51,843 nucleotides of DNA from a virus (taxonomy: Duplodnaviria; Heunggongvirae; Uroviricota; Caudoviricetes): IMG/VR virus record IMGVR_UViG_2851949629_000002. The stretch is one strand, 5' to 3'. The translations under genes were made by a program, and so were the position numbers. Below are positions 1-11,096 of the stretch, piece after piece (positions within the stretch are counted from its first letter, which is position 1; each line of letters begins with the position of its first letter). A model generated the notes under the pieces. That model saw nothing but the letters and a program-made list of their open reading frames with translations. It had not been told where the DNA came from and did not search any database.

Positions 1-585
1 ATCATCCACCCAACTTAACTGAAACCAGGATGAAGTATATGCATATAAAGTTCACTTTGCCAAACTTCAGTATAAAAAACCACATAAAAAATAGGGTGTG
101 ATAAAAAAATACTGTAACAATAAAGCAAAGGATTATAAATTCCGTTACAGTTACAAATGATACTCAAGAAACAATTCCTTAGGAAAAACTTATTTACAGC
201 CAATAAGTAAGACACTTATATGATATTAAGTTTTCATAAAACATAACTAGGCTAAATAGCTGCGCCTAATACCGCTACACTTTTGCCAGCCCATGTTTGC
301 CTCCGGGTATTGACCCCTTCTCTACGCAACTTCAGTTCCCACCACCAACTTTGCGGCAGCTTTGTAGGATCAATGTCTAAAAGAATAATGGTGACCGATA
401 AGAAAACGACTGAATAACTGCAAATTTTCGCTCAAAACCTTCCTGTTAGATCCATAGCGAATCAAGTGCTGAATGTCACAGTATCGAACAGAAAACAGTG
501 ACGATCTAACCCTTCAAGAATATTCTACGATTGTTCTGTTTAGGAAAAGCAAGGCGGGAAGTCGGGAGATAAGTCATTGATAAAG

Positions 586-646
586 TGGCGGAGAGAGGGG
601 GATTTGAACCCCCGGTAGAGTTGCCCCTACTCCGGTTTTCGAGACC
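586..646 (-). other. Partial tRNA-Ser(CGA) 3' fragment (~61 nt, anticodon arm to CCA end); probable integration-site duplicate, not a functional tRNA
   Basis: Reverse complement reads GGTCTCGAAAACCGGAGTAGGGGCAACTCTACCGGGGGTTCAAATCCCCCTCTCTCCGCCA, matching the 3' part of serU-type tRNA-Ser as I recall it; acceptor 5' strand and D-arm are absent. Confidence 0.55.
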
Positions 647-1142
647 GATGATACAGAGTCGAAAAATCAAAGAGTTAAAAATTTTTCTTGGAATAAATGT
701 CTTAAAATCGTACACGAAAAATCAATGAATTACATAACATTAAAGAAGAATATTCCAAGCCTTCTTGAGGCTACCACCTGTTTTCAGGTGTCATTCAGAC
801 GTGATTTGCCCCAGATTGGGAAAGCACGCTTTTTTCTCAGCTATCGTCCTCTTATTTTGCCGTTACATTTCTTTTTGCACTCTAATGATTAATTTACAAT
901 AATAATATCGGTAATTATTGAGCAATAATAAATTGATTATTGCAAATGTAATTTAATTCCATCTTCGCGTTATATTCCAATCTTTAATCTCCGCATGGAA
1001 CAAGTTGCATGCGTGACTATATTAAGACAACTTATAACCACCAAAACATTTGCTTTGCAAGCAAAAACAGTGTCCATTGACTCTAAGAAAATTCCGATCT
1101 ATTGTTAGGGTCATCAAAGTTACTTAACAGTATTCCGAAATG

Positions 1143-1232
1143 AAAATACAAAGCAAGCTAATTGTTTTATTAAACATTATCATTGCATTTATATTATTTG
1201 AGCTTTTAGCTCAAAAATTTGGTTTGAGTACA
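1143..1232 (+). CDS. Hypothetical small hydrophobic peptide (29 aa, MKIQSKLIVLLNIIIAFILFELLAQKFGLSTLF)
   Basis: ATG-initiated ORF below the 60-aa cutoff of the ORF track, single predicted transmembrane helix, in AT-rich non-lambda DNA; no homology evidence. Confidence 0.15.
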
Positions 1233-1390
1233 TTATTTTAAAGCAAGATAAACAATATCGGGCACTCTAGTTTTTATAATTAACAATTAAACGCCCATAA
1301 AATGTTATTTACTTTTCTTCGCTATTGTCACATCTTAATATAGTGGCTTACGCCACTCTACTTTCATCATATTTTGTACGTTTATGTACT

Positions 1391-1422
1391 CGCCATGAAG
1401 CTCTTTCATGGCGATTTTTTAT
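1391..1422 (+). terminator. Rho-independent terminator-like hairpin (CGCCATGAA/TTCATGGCG) plus T-run
   Basis: 9-bp inverted repeat with 5-nt loop followed by TTTTTTATT. Confidence 0.4.
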
Positions 1423-1506
1423 TCTTAATCCAAGAACATACTCTCTACCTATAGCAAAATCACTTTTTGAGCAAAAGAATAACGTATTTAGGTAATCATT
1501 ACGAAT

Positions 1507-2088
1507 TTACCCTATAGGTGCTACTGGCCATTCAATATCCGGTGCAGTTGTTGTATTAACACGGTTCAGCAACACCCGATACTTCTTCCATGCTTCCAGC
1601 AACGAGATTTCTTCCTCCGTTGCGATTTCCAGATCTACAGCATCCTGAAGTGGCGCAATATGCTCACTGGCTACCTGCATCAGGCTGTTTTTTGTTTCTT
1701 CCGCCTCCCGGATCCGGAACAGTTTTTCTGCTTCCGTATCCTTCACCCAGGCTGTGCCGTTCCACTTCTGAAACTCCCCTTCCGGCGATAACCAGGTAAC
1801 ATTTTCCGGTAACGGACCGAGTTCAGAAATAAATAACGCGTCCCCTGACGCTACGTCATAAACCGTTTTACCCCGATGGTCTTCAACGAGATGCCACGAT
1901 GCCTCATCACTGTTGAAAACAGCCACAAAGCCAGCCGGAATATCTGGCGGTGCAATATCGGTACTGTTTGCTGGCAGACCTGTATGAGGCGGAATATATG
2001 CGTCACCTTCACCAATAAATTCATTAGTTCCGGCCAGCAGATTATAAATTTTTATGGTCCGTGGTTGTTCACTCATTCTGAATGCCAT
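1507..2088 (-). CDS. tfa: Tail fibre assembly protein Tfa (lambda-like)
   Basis: 193-aa ORF beginning [24 protein letters not shown], near-identical to lambda Tfa as recalled; overlaps stf stop. Confidence 0.9.
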   Translation of the reverse strand: MAFRMSEQPRTIKIYNLLAGTNEFIGEGDAYIPPHTGLPANSTDIAPPDIPAGFVAVFNSDEASWHLVEDHRGKTVYDVASGDALFISELGPLPENVTWLSPEGEFQKWNGTAWVKDTEAEKLFRIREAEETKNSLMQVASEHIAPLQDAVDLEIATEEEISLLEAWKKYRVLLNRVNTTTAPDIEWPVAPIG

Positions 2089-5000
2089 TATGCAAGCCTC
2101 ACAATATAGTTAAATGCGATGTTTTTGACGGTGTTTTCCGCGTTACCCGCAGCGTTAACGGTGATGGTGTGTCCATGTGAGCCAATCGCAACGGAGTGCG
2201 TATGAGCACCAATACCGACAGTATGTGCATGTGCGCCTGCGCTTGCAGCAGTGCCGGACAGCGAGTGGGTATGAGCACCATCTGATGATGTCTTTCCTGC
2301 ATTACGAGTCTGGCCACTACCGCTTGTTGTGCTCATAATCCCCGCGCTTGGATTTGAAATCGCGGTATAACCATTAGGGAAAATGCTCGTGTTCGTGCCA
2401 CCAAATGCACCGGAACTCTTGTGTTGGTGCGCACCGGCACTATTTGCGGTCCCGCTAATACTATGGGTATGCGCCCCGGTGTTATTCGTGGATTTGGTTC
2501 CGTAATCAAACGACGATGTGGTTTTCGTCCCCAAATCCGTACTGGATGCGCTGGCGCTGTGGGTGTGCGATTTAATGCCGTCCTGTTCCTGAGACAATAC
2601 GGCGCGACCACTGGCAGGTTTGCCCTTAATCGTCCAGCCACGCATATCAGGGATCACGCCTGACGGATAAGCGGCTGCAAGTTTCGGGTATGCAGATTTG
2701 TCAAAAGTCTGCCCCTGCATCAGGGCATAACCAGGCGGAACGGTATCTGATGGCCACGGGATTGGTGCGCCGACTGGGTAGCTTTCTGGTGGAAGATTTT
2801 TCGAGGTATAAACTTCTGCCCAGTCTTCCTCAAAACCATAGCCATCTCTTGAGGAACGGTAGAACAGACCTCCATTTCTGTAATGTGCCTTCATCTGCAG
2901 GGTCCGGCAACTTCCGACTCCGGTATAGAAGTTAACCAGAATATAGCTGTCGCCAGAGCGGGTGACATTGTAAGCGCCTGATTCGGCATTCCATGGAACG
3001 CCCCCATCCGCATCGGCATATGTATCCGTTGCCCTTCTGGCAAAAGCAGCCACATGCGCGGCGGTTAAAGTAATATCTTTGGAACCATCAAACTCAACAC
3101 CAGAAACCAGTCTTGGCGTTTGCAGCTTTGTTGCTGTTAATGCATTACCATTCAGACTTGCGGACAGTTTGGTTCCAATAATCAGTTCGCCGGTTGCGTT
3201 ATCAATAGCAAACGGTCTTAATGTATTCCAGCCACCATAAACATCACCTTGATTGGTAAGCAGCAGGTAAGTTTTAGCGCCATCATTACGCCATAATGCA
3301 CCATACTCCCCACCTATCATTCGAATCTGATTACCACCACGCGCTACAATTTCGTCTGTGGCAAAAAGTTTTTTGCACGACAAGTTATCGTTAACGATTA
3401 ACGAATGAGACTCATAAAAACCACGCCCACTCTTAAAATCAAGGATAACGTCCGCCGCGATACATTCAGTCGCCGGATTTGTTGCCCCAAACTTATAGGT
3501 CGTATCATTAACAACGAGATCAGCACCAGGTGCGGATATTGACAGGCCATCTTCGATAAACGCAAAAACAGGGAAAGCAGCGCCATCAACATAGAACACA
3601 GAGCGCAAATCATCGCCCTTATTACTCATCATTATTGAGTGGATGGCTCGTTCATTGTTTTGATATTGCCAGAACATTCCATAAGCATAACGCCCCCTGT
3701 CAGTCCAGCCACCAGGCATAACAAATCCGTTAAACTCGCAGTTATTCATCGGATCGCCTGCGGTTCGCGTTGCCGTGGTGATAATGACCCTTGATGCCAG
3801 TTCGCTTACTGAGCCAGCAGAACGCATAACAACAACAGGGTAATATTTTCCAGATGTTGCACCTGCAGGAGCGTTAACCCGCACATAACGCATACCACGC
3901 TTATCAGCAAAGTCTGTTTTACTGACCGCGTTAATGTTGTTCAGGAAGCGTCCCTTATCGGGTATATCAGCGCCGTTCTGGTCTTTCTGCAGACGTTTCT
4001 CTGCATTGTCATAGGCTGATTTTACTGCCTTTGGCGTTGCCGCCAGCGTTTCAGACGTACTGTTGGTCGCACTGCTGAGCTGTACTACCCCCTTTTTCGT
4101 CGTGCTCGCATCCTCAAGCGCCACGGCGGATGCAATATCCTCTGCACGTTTTGCCGCTGTCTCAGCGCGCGTTGCTGCGGATTCTGCCGTACTTTTGCTC
4201 TGTGCTGCCGCTGCCGCACTGCCAGCAGCCTCTGTCGCCTTCGTGGATGCCGTCGTGGCGCTGCCCCTCGCTGCTGACGCCTGTCTGGTCGCCTCATCTT
4301 TTGAAGCAGACGCAGATGATGCCGATGACGCCGCCGAACTGGCGGACGATGCGGCAGCCGTTTTTGAGGATTCTGCGCTGGTTTCCGACGCTTTCGCGTT
4401 CGTTTCGGATGTCTTCGCTGCGGAAGCAGCCCTCGCTGCTGCAGTGGCCTGTTCAGTGGCTTCGCCAGCCTTCGTTGTGGCTGTTGAAGCGGATGATGCG
4501 GCGCTTTCTGCCGATTTTCCGGCGGCGGTGGCACTGGCTGAGGCCTGCCCGGCACTTGTTGACGCGGCACTGGCAGACGACGCAGCCGCTGTTTTTGAGC
4601 CTGCCGCAGCTGAGGCGCTCTGTCCCGCTGCCGTCTCAGAAGACCTGGCGTTCGTCTCGGACGTTTTTGCCGCCTTCGCGGAATTTGCTGCCGCCGTTGC
4701 CGAGGAAGCTGCGCTACTGGCGCTCGAGGATGCGTTCGTTTCTGATGATTTTGCCGCCTCTTTTGAAGCCGACGCATCCCGGGCTGAGATGGCAGCTTCT
4801 GACGCTTTCGTAGTCGCGGTGGATGCAGAAGTGGCTGCTGATTGTTGTGACGCTGCAGCATTCGTTTCAGACGTTTTCGCGGCACTGGCACTGGTAGCTG
4901 CCGCGCTTTTTGAGGACTCTGCAGCGGCAGCACTTTTTTCCGCTTCAGTGGCCTTTGTTGATGCCGTTCCTGCGCTGGAAGACGCTGACTGAGCCGACGA

Positions 5001-5495
5001 AGCGGCCTGTCCGGCTGACGTGCTGGCTGCGCGTGCTGAGCCTGCAGCATCAGTCGCATGGGTTGCCGCCTCACGGGCAGATGTGCCGGCATCGCCGGCT
5101 GACTTCTTCGCGGCTGCCGTGTTCTGTGCCACCGCGGACGCGTTACGCGCCACCTCTTCCAACATCAGTTCAAAACGGCGCAGAGCCTCCGGACGGGCAT
5201 CCTCCTCCGTCATGGCACCGAGAAAATCATTCAGCGTACCGGGTCGGGAATCTTCATACACGGTGATGGTCCCGGCATGTGACGGCGGGAACCCTTCCAC
5301 CAACAGAATAACGCTGTACTGACCGTACTCAACGTCCATGCTGTAACGCCCGGCTTCATCCGGATTTTCTGAGGCCAGCGTGTTCACCACCACCGTGGTG
5401 CTGTTACGTTTTGCTTTCAGCTGGATTGTGCAGTTCTGTACCGGTTTTCCTGTGCCGTCTTTCAGTACACCTGAAATCTTTACTGCCATATTCAC
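2088..5495 (-). CDS. stf: Side tail fibre protein Stf, mosaic (lambda-like N- and C-terminal parts, different central domain)
   Basis: 1135-aa ORF; N-terminal ~400 aa incl. Ala/Ser-rich repeats and C-terminal GAHxHS repeats match lambda Stf as recalled; central ~500 aa do not. Confidence 0.85.
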   Translation of the reverse strand: MNMAVKISGVLKDGTGKPVQNCTIQLKAKRNSTTVVVNTLASENPDEAGRYSMDVEYGQYSVILLVEGFPPSHAGTITVYEDSRPGTLNDFLGAMTEEDARPEALRRFELMLEEVARNASAVAQNTAAAKKSAGDAGTSAREAATHATDAAGSARAASTSAGQAASSAQSASSSAGTASTKATEAEKSAAAAESSKSAAATSASAAKTSETNAAASQQSAATSASTATTKASEAAISARDASASKEAAKSSETNASSSASSAASSATAAANSAKAAKTSETNARSSETAAGQSASAAAGSKTAAASSASAASTSAGQASASATAAGKSAESAASSASTATTKAGEATEQATAAARAASAAKTSETNAKASETSAESSKTAAASSASSAASSASSASASKDEATRQASAARGSATTASTKATEAAGSAAAAAQSKSTAESAATRAETAAKRAEDIASAVALEDASTTKKGVVQLSSATNSTSETLAATPKAVKSAYDNAEKRLQKDQNGADIPDKGRFLNNINAVSKTDFADKRGMRYVRVNAPAGATSGKYYPVVVMRSAGSVSELASRVIITTATRTAGDPMNNCEFNGFVMPGGWTDRGRYAYGMFWQYQNNERAIHSIMMSNKGDDLRSVFYVDGAAFPVFAFIEDGLSISAPGADLVVNDTTYKFGATNPATECIAADVILDFKSGRGFYESHSLIVNDNLSCKKLFATDEIVARGGNQIRMIGGEYGALWRNDGAKTYLLLTNQGDVYGGWNTLRPFAIDNATGELIIGTKLSASLNGNALTATKLQTPRLVSGVEFDGSKDITLTAAHVAAFARRATDTYADADGGVPWNAESGAYNVTRSGDSYILVNFYTGVGSCRTLQMKAHYRNGGLFYRSSRDGYGFEEDWAEVYTSKNLPPESYPVGAPIPWPSDTVPPGYALMQGQTFDKSAYPKLAAAYPSGVIPDMRGWTIKGKPASGRAVLSQEQDGIKSHTHSASASSTDLGTKTTSSFDYGTKSTNNTGAHTHSISGTANSAGAHQHKSSGAFGGTNTSIFPNGYTAISNPSAGIMSTTSGSGQTRNAGKTSSDGAHTHSLSGTAASAGAHAHTVGIGAHTHSVAIGSHGHTITVNAAGNAENTVKNIAFNYIVRLA

Positions 5496-5553
5496 CCCAC
5501 AAAAAAGCCCGCCTGAACCGGCGGGCTGTCATAACACTGTGTTACCTGGCTAA

Positions 5554-6153
5554 TCAGAATTTATAACCGACACCCACGATGAAACCGTCAGTGCGCCAGT
5601 CACCACTGCCGGAGCCTTCATAAGCAATATCAATGGCCACGGATTCGGTCGGGTTAAACTGCACGCCAGCCCCCCACGCCAGAGACGTGTTGCTGTGGCG
5701 ACCGTCATCACTTCCGGTCAGCACGTCGTGCGTTTTCCCCTTGTTGTCAGTTACGCGGAGATAATCCCCGGAGAAAGTCGAAACACGGCTGTAAGCCATA
5801 CCCGCCATCGCATACGCGCTGAACCATTCATTCACGCGCACAGACGGCCCCGCCATCACGCTGAACCAGCGGTTACGCACTGAATCTTCATGCCAGCGGG
5901 TATCGCTGTAACGGGTAAGCTGGCGATTCTTGTCTCCTGCATAGCTGAATGACGTCACCAGCCCCAGTGTGTCCGTAAACTCATAACGGTATTTCACGTT
6001 AATCCCGTTAAGATCATCGCTGCCGGGAACGTTCGTCAAGGCATGAAGATACCCCGCGCTCAGCGTGGACTGATGTTCAGATGCCCATGCAGGCGCACCG
6101 GATACGGCCAGACAAATGGCTGCGGACAAAATGGCGGCATAAAGTTTACGCAT
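5554..6153 (-). CDS. lom: Outer membrane protein Lom
   Basis: 199-aa [27 protein letters not shown]... with signal peptide; matches lambda Lom as recalled. Confidence 0.9.
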   Translation of the reverse strand: MRKLYAAILSAAICLAVSGAPAWASEHQSTLSAGYLHALTNVPGSDDLNGINVKYRYEFTDTLGLVTSFSYAGDKNRQLTRYSDTRWHEDSVRNRWFSVMAGPSVRVNEWFSAYAMAGMAYSRVSTFSGDYLRVTDNKGKTHDVLTGSDDGRHSNTSLAWGAGVQFNPTESVAIDIAYEGSGSGDWRTDGFIVGVGYKF

Positions 6154-6222
6154 AATTACCTCTCGCTTTTCTGCAATAAAAAAGGCACCATTTCTGGTGC
6201 CCTTATATGGGTTATAACAATT

Positions 6223-9200
6223 TCAACGAATACTGATGCCGGAAGCGGCTTTTTTGGTCACAATCACCGTACAGTCGGTGATATTACCTGCCCACTGATT
6301 GCCTTTATGGAAAACCTTAAACTCCAGAGTGACGCTTCCCCTGCCACTCGGCATATCAATAACCGCACTGTAGCTACCGGGAATAGCCCCTTTAGTTTCT
6401 CTGGATGCGATTAATACACCGTTTTTGCGAACTTCAAAACCATAACCCGTGTATCTTGTACCTCCCGGGTTATTACCACTTCCCGGATCGCTATACGCTA
6501 TTCCGTTAAAGATAATGGGCGGAATAATGATTTGACGGTCAAAGTTATGATCATCGCTTATGGTGACTGTAACCGTCCCGTTTGGTGTTTCCGTGTTACC
6601 CCACGTACCAGCCTGTTTCGGGAATGATTTGGATACAGCTTTAACGAAGTCACCTCTGACCTGAGTCGCCTCCAGCATGCCCTTAATCGTACAGTTTTCA
6701 TTTACCGTGACATTGTTGAGCGTCCCGGCGTTCGCATTCACACTGCCACTGATATCCGCATTTTTAGCGGTCAGCTTTCCGTCCGGAGTCAGGGAAAATG
6801 CCGGTGGATTTCCACCGCTGGTAATGGTGGGGGCCGTCAGGCGTTTCAGGAACACGTCGTTCATGAATATCTGATCGCCCTGACCAACAAACATCGGTTT
6901 TGTGTTGCCATTCGCAGGATTAACCATCGCAATCCTGTCCGCCGCCAGCAGCACCTGACTCTGCATGCCGTCAGGGGTGTTCTCAATACCGGCACCAATA
7001 CCCGCGATATAAAGGCGTCCGTCCTGCATCTGCTGCAGCTTCACAGCCCACATGCTGTTCAGGTTATTATTTGTATCAACCTGAACCTTCTGTATCTGCT
7101 GAATTGCCGCACTCTGGTCTTCCAGTTTCTTATTGACGGTCTGCGTGATTTCATTGCTGACATCCGTAATGGACGTCCTGATTTCAGCCAGGTCAGGCGC
7201 AAGCTGACCGTTATCAATCTGCGTCCACAGCTCCTGAGCCAGATGGGTTTTCCCTATCTCGCCTTTGAAAAAATCCAGATAACCGGATGCATCATCACTC
7301 GGCTGACCAACAGCCTCCACGAATGCCGATTTGCCAACGGTGTTCACACTGCGGATATAAAAGTAATAATCATGGCCCGGTTTGATATTGATACTGGCGG
7401 CTATCCAGTACAGCGCCGTGCCAAGATAGCGTGCTGTGGTTTCAACCTGCCTGATATCCGCAATCCGCTTTTCCGAGAACCAGAACTCAAACTGTACCGT
7501 CGGGTCATAAACAGCAAGATGCGGCGTGGCGGTTATCTGAAAATAGCCCGGCGTCAGCTCAATCCTCGACGGTGCTGCCGGTGCGGCAATCCGGAACGAT
7601 ACCGACGCCGGATCACCCTGCTGCCCCCGGGCATTTACCGCCCGGACTGTCAGCCTGTAGTTCCCCAGCGCCAGTTGCGTGAAGCGGTATGTGGTTTCCG
7701 TCGTCCGGGCCGTGCTGACCAGCCGCTCACTGCCGTCGTCCGCTGTTACGGTCAGACGGAGCAGGAAGCTCACGCCCTTCACCACCTTCGGTGTGTCCCA
7801 TCGCGCCAGCACCTGGTATTCCCCACTGTCTGCGGTGACTTCTGCGGTCAGGTGCTGCACCGCTGGCGGCGTGACACCATTCACCGTGCCGCTCTGGTCG
7901 CCGTCAAAGTGCGCCCCGTTATCCACGATGGCTTCTTTTTCCGGTACATGCTGCACGGCGGTGATGGCATACGTGCCGTCGGCGTTCTCACGGATACTCA
8001 CGCAGCGGAACAGGCGCTGGCGCAGCGTCGGCAGCTTCAGCCCCCACACGCTGTATTCAGCAACGCCGTCAGGAACACGGCTCACTTTCACCTTCACGCC
8101 GTCGGTGACGGACTGAACCTCCACGCTGACCGGATTGCCACTTCCGTCAACCAGGCTTATCAGCGTGGTACCGGAGGATGGCAGCGTGATTTCACGGTCG
8201 AGCGTCAGCGTCCGGGTCTGGCTGTTTACCGCCAGCACGCGCCCGCCGGTGCTGATACCGGCATAGTCATCATCACAGATTTCAATGACATCGCCCGGCA
8301 CATGGCGAAGCCCTTCGGCACCCACGCTGAAGTCCACGGTCTGCGTTTCCAGCAGTTCTGTTTTAATCAGCCACAGCCCGGCTCGGTGCGCCTGCCCCCG
8401 ACTGGTACAGCCAAACGCATCCATCTTCGTGACGTTACGACCGTAACGGGCAATGGCCTGCGAGTCCTCCACAAGCTCTGTTGCCGTCTCCCAGCCGTTA
8501 TCCGGGTCAATCCAGTTCACCTCAACGGCATTATGGCGGTCTTTCAGGGCGCTGAAGCTGTAGCGGAACGGCGCGCCATCATCCGGCATCACCACATTAC
8601 TGCGGTTATAGGTCCACACCTTATCCGACGGTCGGTCCTGCACGAACGTCAGCGTCTGCCCGTTCCATACCGGCATACAGCGCATCGCCGAGCAGAAATC
8701 ACTGAGCACATCCCACGCCTTACGCTGTGTGGTCAGGTACGCATTACAGGTGATGCGCGGCTCCGTGCCGCCAAAGCCGTCCGGCACTGACTGGTCGCAG
8801 TACTGGCCGATGACATACAGCGCCCATTTGTCCACATCCGCCGCACCAAGACGTTTCCCCATGCCGTAGCGTGGATGGGTCAGCATATCCCACAGACACC
8901 AGGCCATGTTATTGCTGTATGCTGGCTTAAACGTTCCGTCCCAGATACCGCTGTATTGCCGCGTCTGCGGGTTATAGTTCGACGGCACCTGCAGAATACG
9001 CCCGCGCAGATGATAATTACGGCTCACCTGCTGGCTGCCGAACTGCTCCGAGTCCACCTGCACGCCGACCAGTGCCGTGTTCGGGTAGCACTGTTTCACA
9101 TCGATGATTTCGGTGTATGACGACCAGAGCGTTTTGTTCTGCAGCTGGTCTGTGGTGCTGTCCGGCGTCATCCTGCGCATCCGGATATTAAACGGGCGCG

Positions 9201-9654
9201 GCGGCAGGTTATCCACCACCACCGAGGCCAGATACTGCGAGGTGGTTTTGCCCTTAATGGTGATGTCTTTTTCCGTCACCCAGCCACCGTTACGTTGTAT
9301 CTGAACCAGCAGGCGGACTTCCGATGGATTCCTGTCCCCCTTTGAGGTGGTTTCCACCAGTGCCTGCACGCCGAAAGTAAAACGCAGACGGTCAATGTTT
9401 GCCGACGTGATGGTCCGGGTGATCGGCGTGTCATATTTCACTTCTGTACCGAGCACCGTCTCGGAGCCGGAGGATTCAAATCCCTCCGGCGGTGTCTGCT
9501 CCTGCTCACCGGCCCGGAACACCACCGTGACGCCGGAGATATTGGTATTCCCCTCACTGTCCAGCACTGGCGTACTGTTCAGCAGCACGCTTTTTAATCC
9601 ATCCACCGGACCTTCAACCGGCCCTTCGCTGATGGCATCGATCACACTCAGCAA
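6223..9654 (-). CDS. J: Tail tip host-specificity protein J, in-frame body; native ATG (9717-9719) is out of frame because of a 1-nt deletion near codon 8; C-terminal receptor-binding region differs from lambda J
   Basis: Track ORF starts at a TTG; upstream ATG GGT AAA GGC AGC AGT AAG GG encodes MGKGSSKG then shifts frame and stops after 17 codons, while the +1 frame continues [26 protein letters not shown]. Confidence 0.8.
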   Translation of the reverse strand: MLSVIDAISEGPVEGPVDGLKSVLLNSTPVLDSEGNTNISGVTVVFRAGEQEQTPPEGFESSGSETVLGTEVKYDTPITRTITSANIDRLRFTFGVQALVETTSKGDRNPSEVRLLVQIQRNGGWVTEKDITIKGKTTSQYLASVVVDNLPPRPFNIRMRRMTPDSTTDQLQNKTLWSSYTEIIDVKQCYPNTALVGVQVDSEQFGSQQVSRNYHLRGRILQVPSNYNPQTRQYSGIWDGTFKPAYSNNMAWCLWDMLTHPRYGMGKRLGAADVDKWALYVIGQYCDQSVPDGFGGTEPRITCNAYLTTQRKAWDVLSDFCSAMRCMPVWNGQTLTFVQDRPSDKVWTYNRSNVVMPDDGAPFRYSFSALKDRHNAVEVNWIDPDNGWETATELVEDSQAIARYGRNVTKMDAFGCTSRGQAHRAGLWLIKTELLETQTVDFSVGAEGLRHVPGDVIEICDDDYAGISTGGRVLAVNSQTRTLTLDREITLPSSGTTLISLVDGSGNPVSVEVQSVTDGVKVKVSRVPDGVAEYSVWGLKLPTLRQRLFRCVSIRENADGTYAITAVQHVPEKEAIVDNGAHFDGDQSGTVNGVTPPAVQHLTAEVTADSGEYQVLARWDTPKVVKGVSFLLRLTVTADDGSERLVSTARTTETTYRFTQLALGNYRLTVRAVNARGQQGDPASVSFRIAAPAAPSRIELTPGYFQITATPHLAVYDPTVQFEFWFSEKRIADIRQVETTARYLGTALYWIAASINIKPGHDYYFYIRSVNTVGKSAFVEAVGQPSDDASGYLDFFKGEIGKTHLAQELWTQIDNGQLAPDLAEIRTSITDVSNEITQTVNKKLEDQSAAIQQIQKVQVDTNNNLNSMWAVKLQQMQDGRLYIAGIGAGIENTPDGMQSQVLLAADRIAMVNPANGNTKPMFVGQGDQIFMNDVFLKRLTAPTITSGGNPPAFSLTPDGKLTAKNADISGSVNANAGTLNNVTVNENCTIKGMLEATQVRGDFVKAVSKSFPKQAGTWGNTETPNGTVTVTISDDHNFDRQIIIPPIIFNGIAYSDPGSGNNPGGTRYTGYGFEVRKNGVLIASRETKGAIPGSYSAVIDMPSGRGSVTLEFKVFHKGNQWAGNITDCTVIVTKKAASGISIR

Positions 9655-9778
9655 CTGCGTGGACTTCAGGTTGTCCTTCGCTTCGCGCGGAGTATGCCCT
9701 TACTGCTGCCTTTACCCATTCCTCACGCTCCATAAACGACAAAACCGCCCGGAGGCGGTTTCACATAAACGTTTTTCA

Positions 9779-10450
9779 TCAGCGACCAATCACCACAACC
9801 TGACCACCATCCCCTTCGTCTGCCGTGCTGATCTCCTGAGAGACCACCCGCGACCCCACGCGCATTTCACCGTACAGAACCGGCAGAACATTGCCCTGGG
9901 CAACCATGTTATCCAGTGAGGAGAAATAGGTGTTCTGTTTGCCGTTATCCGTTGTCTGTGTACGGGGAGTTCTGGCTTTCGGTGCCAGCATCTGCGCCAC
10001 ACCACCGAGCACCATACTGGCACCGAGAGAAAACAGGATGCCGGTCATACCACCGGCCCCAATGGCTGCCCCCCATGCTGCAAGGGTGGCCCCGGCGGTA
10101 AAGAATGATCCGGCAATGGCGGCAGCCCCCAGGACAATCTGGAATACGCCACCTGACTTGGCCCCGACGACTCTGGGAACAATATGAATCACAGCGCCAT
10201 CAGGCAGAGTCTCATGTAACTGCGCCGTTAATCCGGACGTGCTGACATCCTGCCCGGCAATCCGTACCTGATACCAGCCGTCGCTCAGTTTCTGACGAAA
10301 CGCCGGGAGCTGTGTGGCCAGTGCCCGGATGGCTTCAGCCCCCGTTTTCACACGAAGGTCGATGCGGCGACCAAATCGTTGTAAATCCCCGTAAAGGCAG
10401 ATGCGCGCCATGCCCGGTGACGCCAGAGGGAGTGTGTGCGTCGCTGCCAT
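9779..10450 (-). CDS. I: Tail tip assembly protein I
   Basis: 223-aa ORF matching lambda gpI in size and position; overlaps K. Confidence 0.85.
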   Translation of the reverse strand: MAATHTLPLASPGMARICLYGDLQRFGRRIDLRVKTGAEAIRALATQLPAFRQKLSDGWYQVRIAGQDVSTSGLTAQLHETLPDGAVIHIVPRVVGAKSGGVFQIVLGAAAIAGSFFTAGATLAAWGAAIGAGGMTGILFSLGASMVLGGVAQMLAPKARTPRTQTTDNGKQNTYFSSLDNMVAQGNVLPVLYGEMRVGSRVVSQEISTADEGDGGQVVVIGR

Positions 10451-11091
10451 TTGTCGGTGTACCTCTCTCGTTTGCTCAGTTGTTCAGGAATATGGTGCAG
10501 CAGCTCGCCGTCGCCGCAGTAAATTGCGGCGTGATTCGGCACTGATGAACCAAAACAGCACAGCAGCACATCGCCCGGCTGTGCCGCTGACAACGGCACC
10601 TGATACAGCCCCGTCGCCTCCAGATTATCCAGATAGAGATTCTGGCCGTTACGCCACCAGTCATCCTCACGATGAAAATCTGGCATCTCAATTCCCGCCA
10701 GATGGTAAGCGTCCCGGAACAGCGTGTAACAGTCCGTCACCCCGTGCTCAAAGCGCCGCCCGGTGAGATGCGGCACACAGCGGAACTTATGAATCGCCCC
10801 GCGGCAGACCAGCCACCACGACAAATCACTCTGCACCTGCAGCCGCCGGTCGGCCTCACTCAGCCAGGGCAGACCACCGGGGTGGCTGTGGACCAGCGCC
10901 ACAATCTCACCCTGCATCTCTGCCTGCAGCCAGTCCTCCGGAGCCATCCGGAAATACTCCTCCGGCTCACCGGAGATATTCACGCAGGGAAAATATCTTT
11001 CCCCCTCCGGCGTGCTTACCACGAAGCCGCACGACTCCGCTGGCGCACATCGCCGGGCGTGCGCCAGAATCGCTGATTCTGTCTGTGTCAT
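10348..11091 (-). CDS. K: Tail tip assembly protein K (MPN/JAMM + NlpC/P60)
   Basis: ORF MTQTESAILAHARRCAPAESCGFVVSTPEGERYF..., lambda K as recalled; true start may be internal. Confidence 0.85.
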   Translation of the reverse strand: MTQTESAILAHARRCAPAESCGFVVSTPEGERYFPCVNISGEPEEYFRMAPEDWLQAEMQGEIVALVHSHPGGLPWLSEADRRLQVQSDLSWWLVCRGAIHKFRCVPHLTGRRFEHGVTDCYTLFRDAYHLAGIEMPDFHREDDWWRNGQNLYLDNLEATGLYQVPLSAAQPGDVLLCCFGSSVPNHAAIYCGDGELLHHIPEQLSKRERYTDKWQRRTHSLWRHRAWRASAFTGIYNDLVAASTFV

Positions 11092-11096
11092 GGGAT

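Noticed and set aside
586-646. Calling the tRNA-like sequence a functional tRNA-Ser gene
   Set aside because: Only the anticodon arm to CCA end is present; the 5' acceptor strand and D-arm are replaced by unrelated sequence, so it cannot fold as a tRNA.
506-715. 69-aa minus-strand ORF overlapping the tRNA-Ser fragment
   Set aside because: Its frame runs through the tRNA-derived sequence; low-complexity product; no start context.
4063-5092. Long ORFs on both strands inside stf (309, 335 and 227 aa; Ala/Arg/Pro-rich)
   Set aside because: They overlap the Ala/Ser-rich repeat region of stf; GC-rich repetitive codons give open alternative frames. Low-complexity translations and no start or RBS context.
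2100-5400. Repetitive DNA that could be mistaken for a CRISPR array or tandem repeat
   Set aside because: The repeats are in-frame coding repeats of the tail fibre (Ala/Ser-rich and GAHxHS units), lack a regular repeat-spacer period, and no cas genes are present.
7243-8790. 515-aa plus-strand ORF antisense to J
   Set aside because: Fully embedded antisense in a well-supported structural gene; Arg/Cys/His-rich composition typical of a spurious antisense frame.
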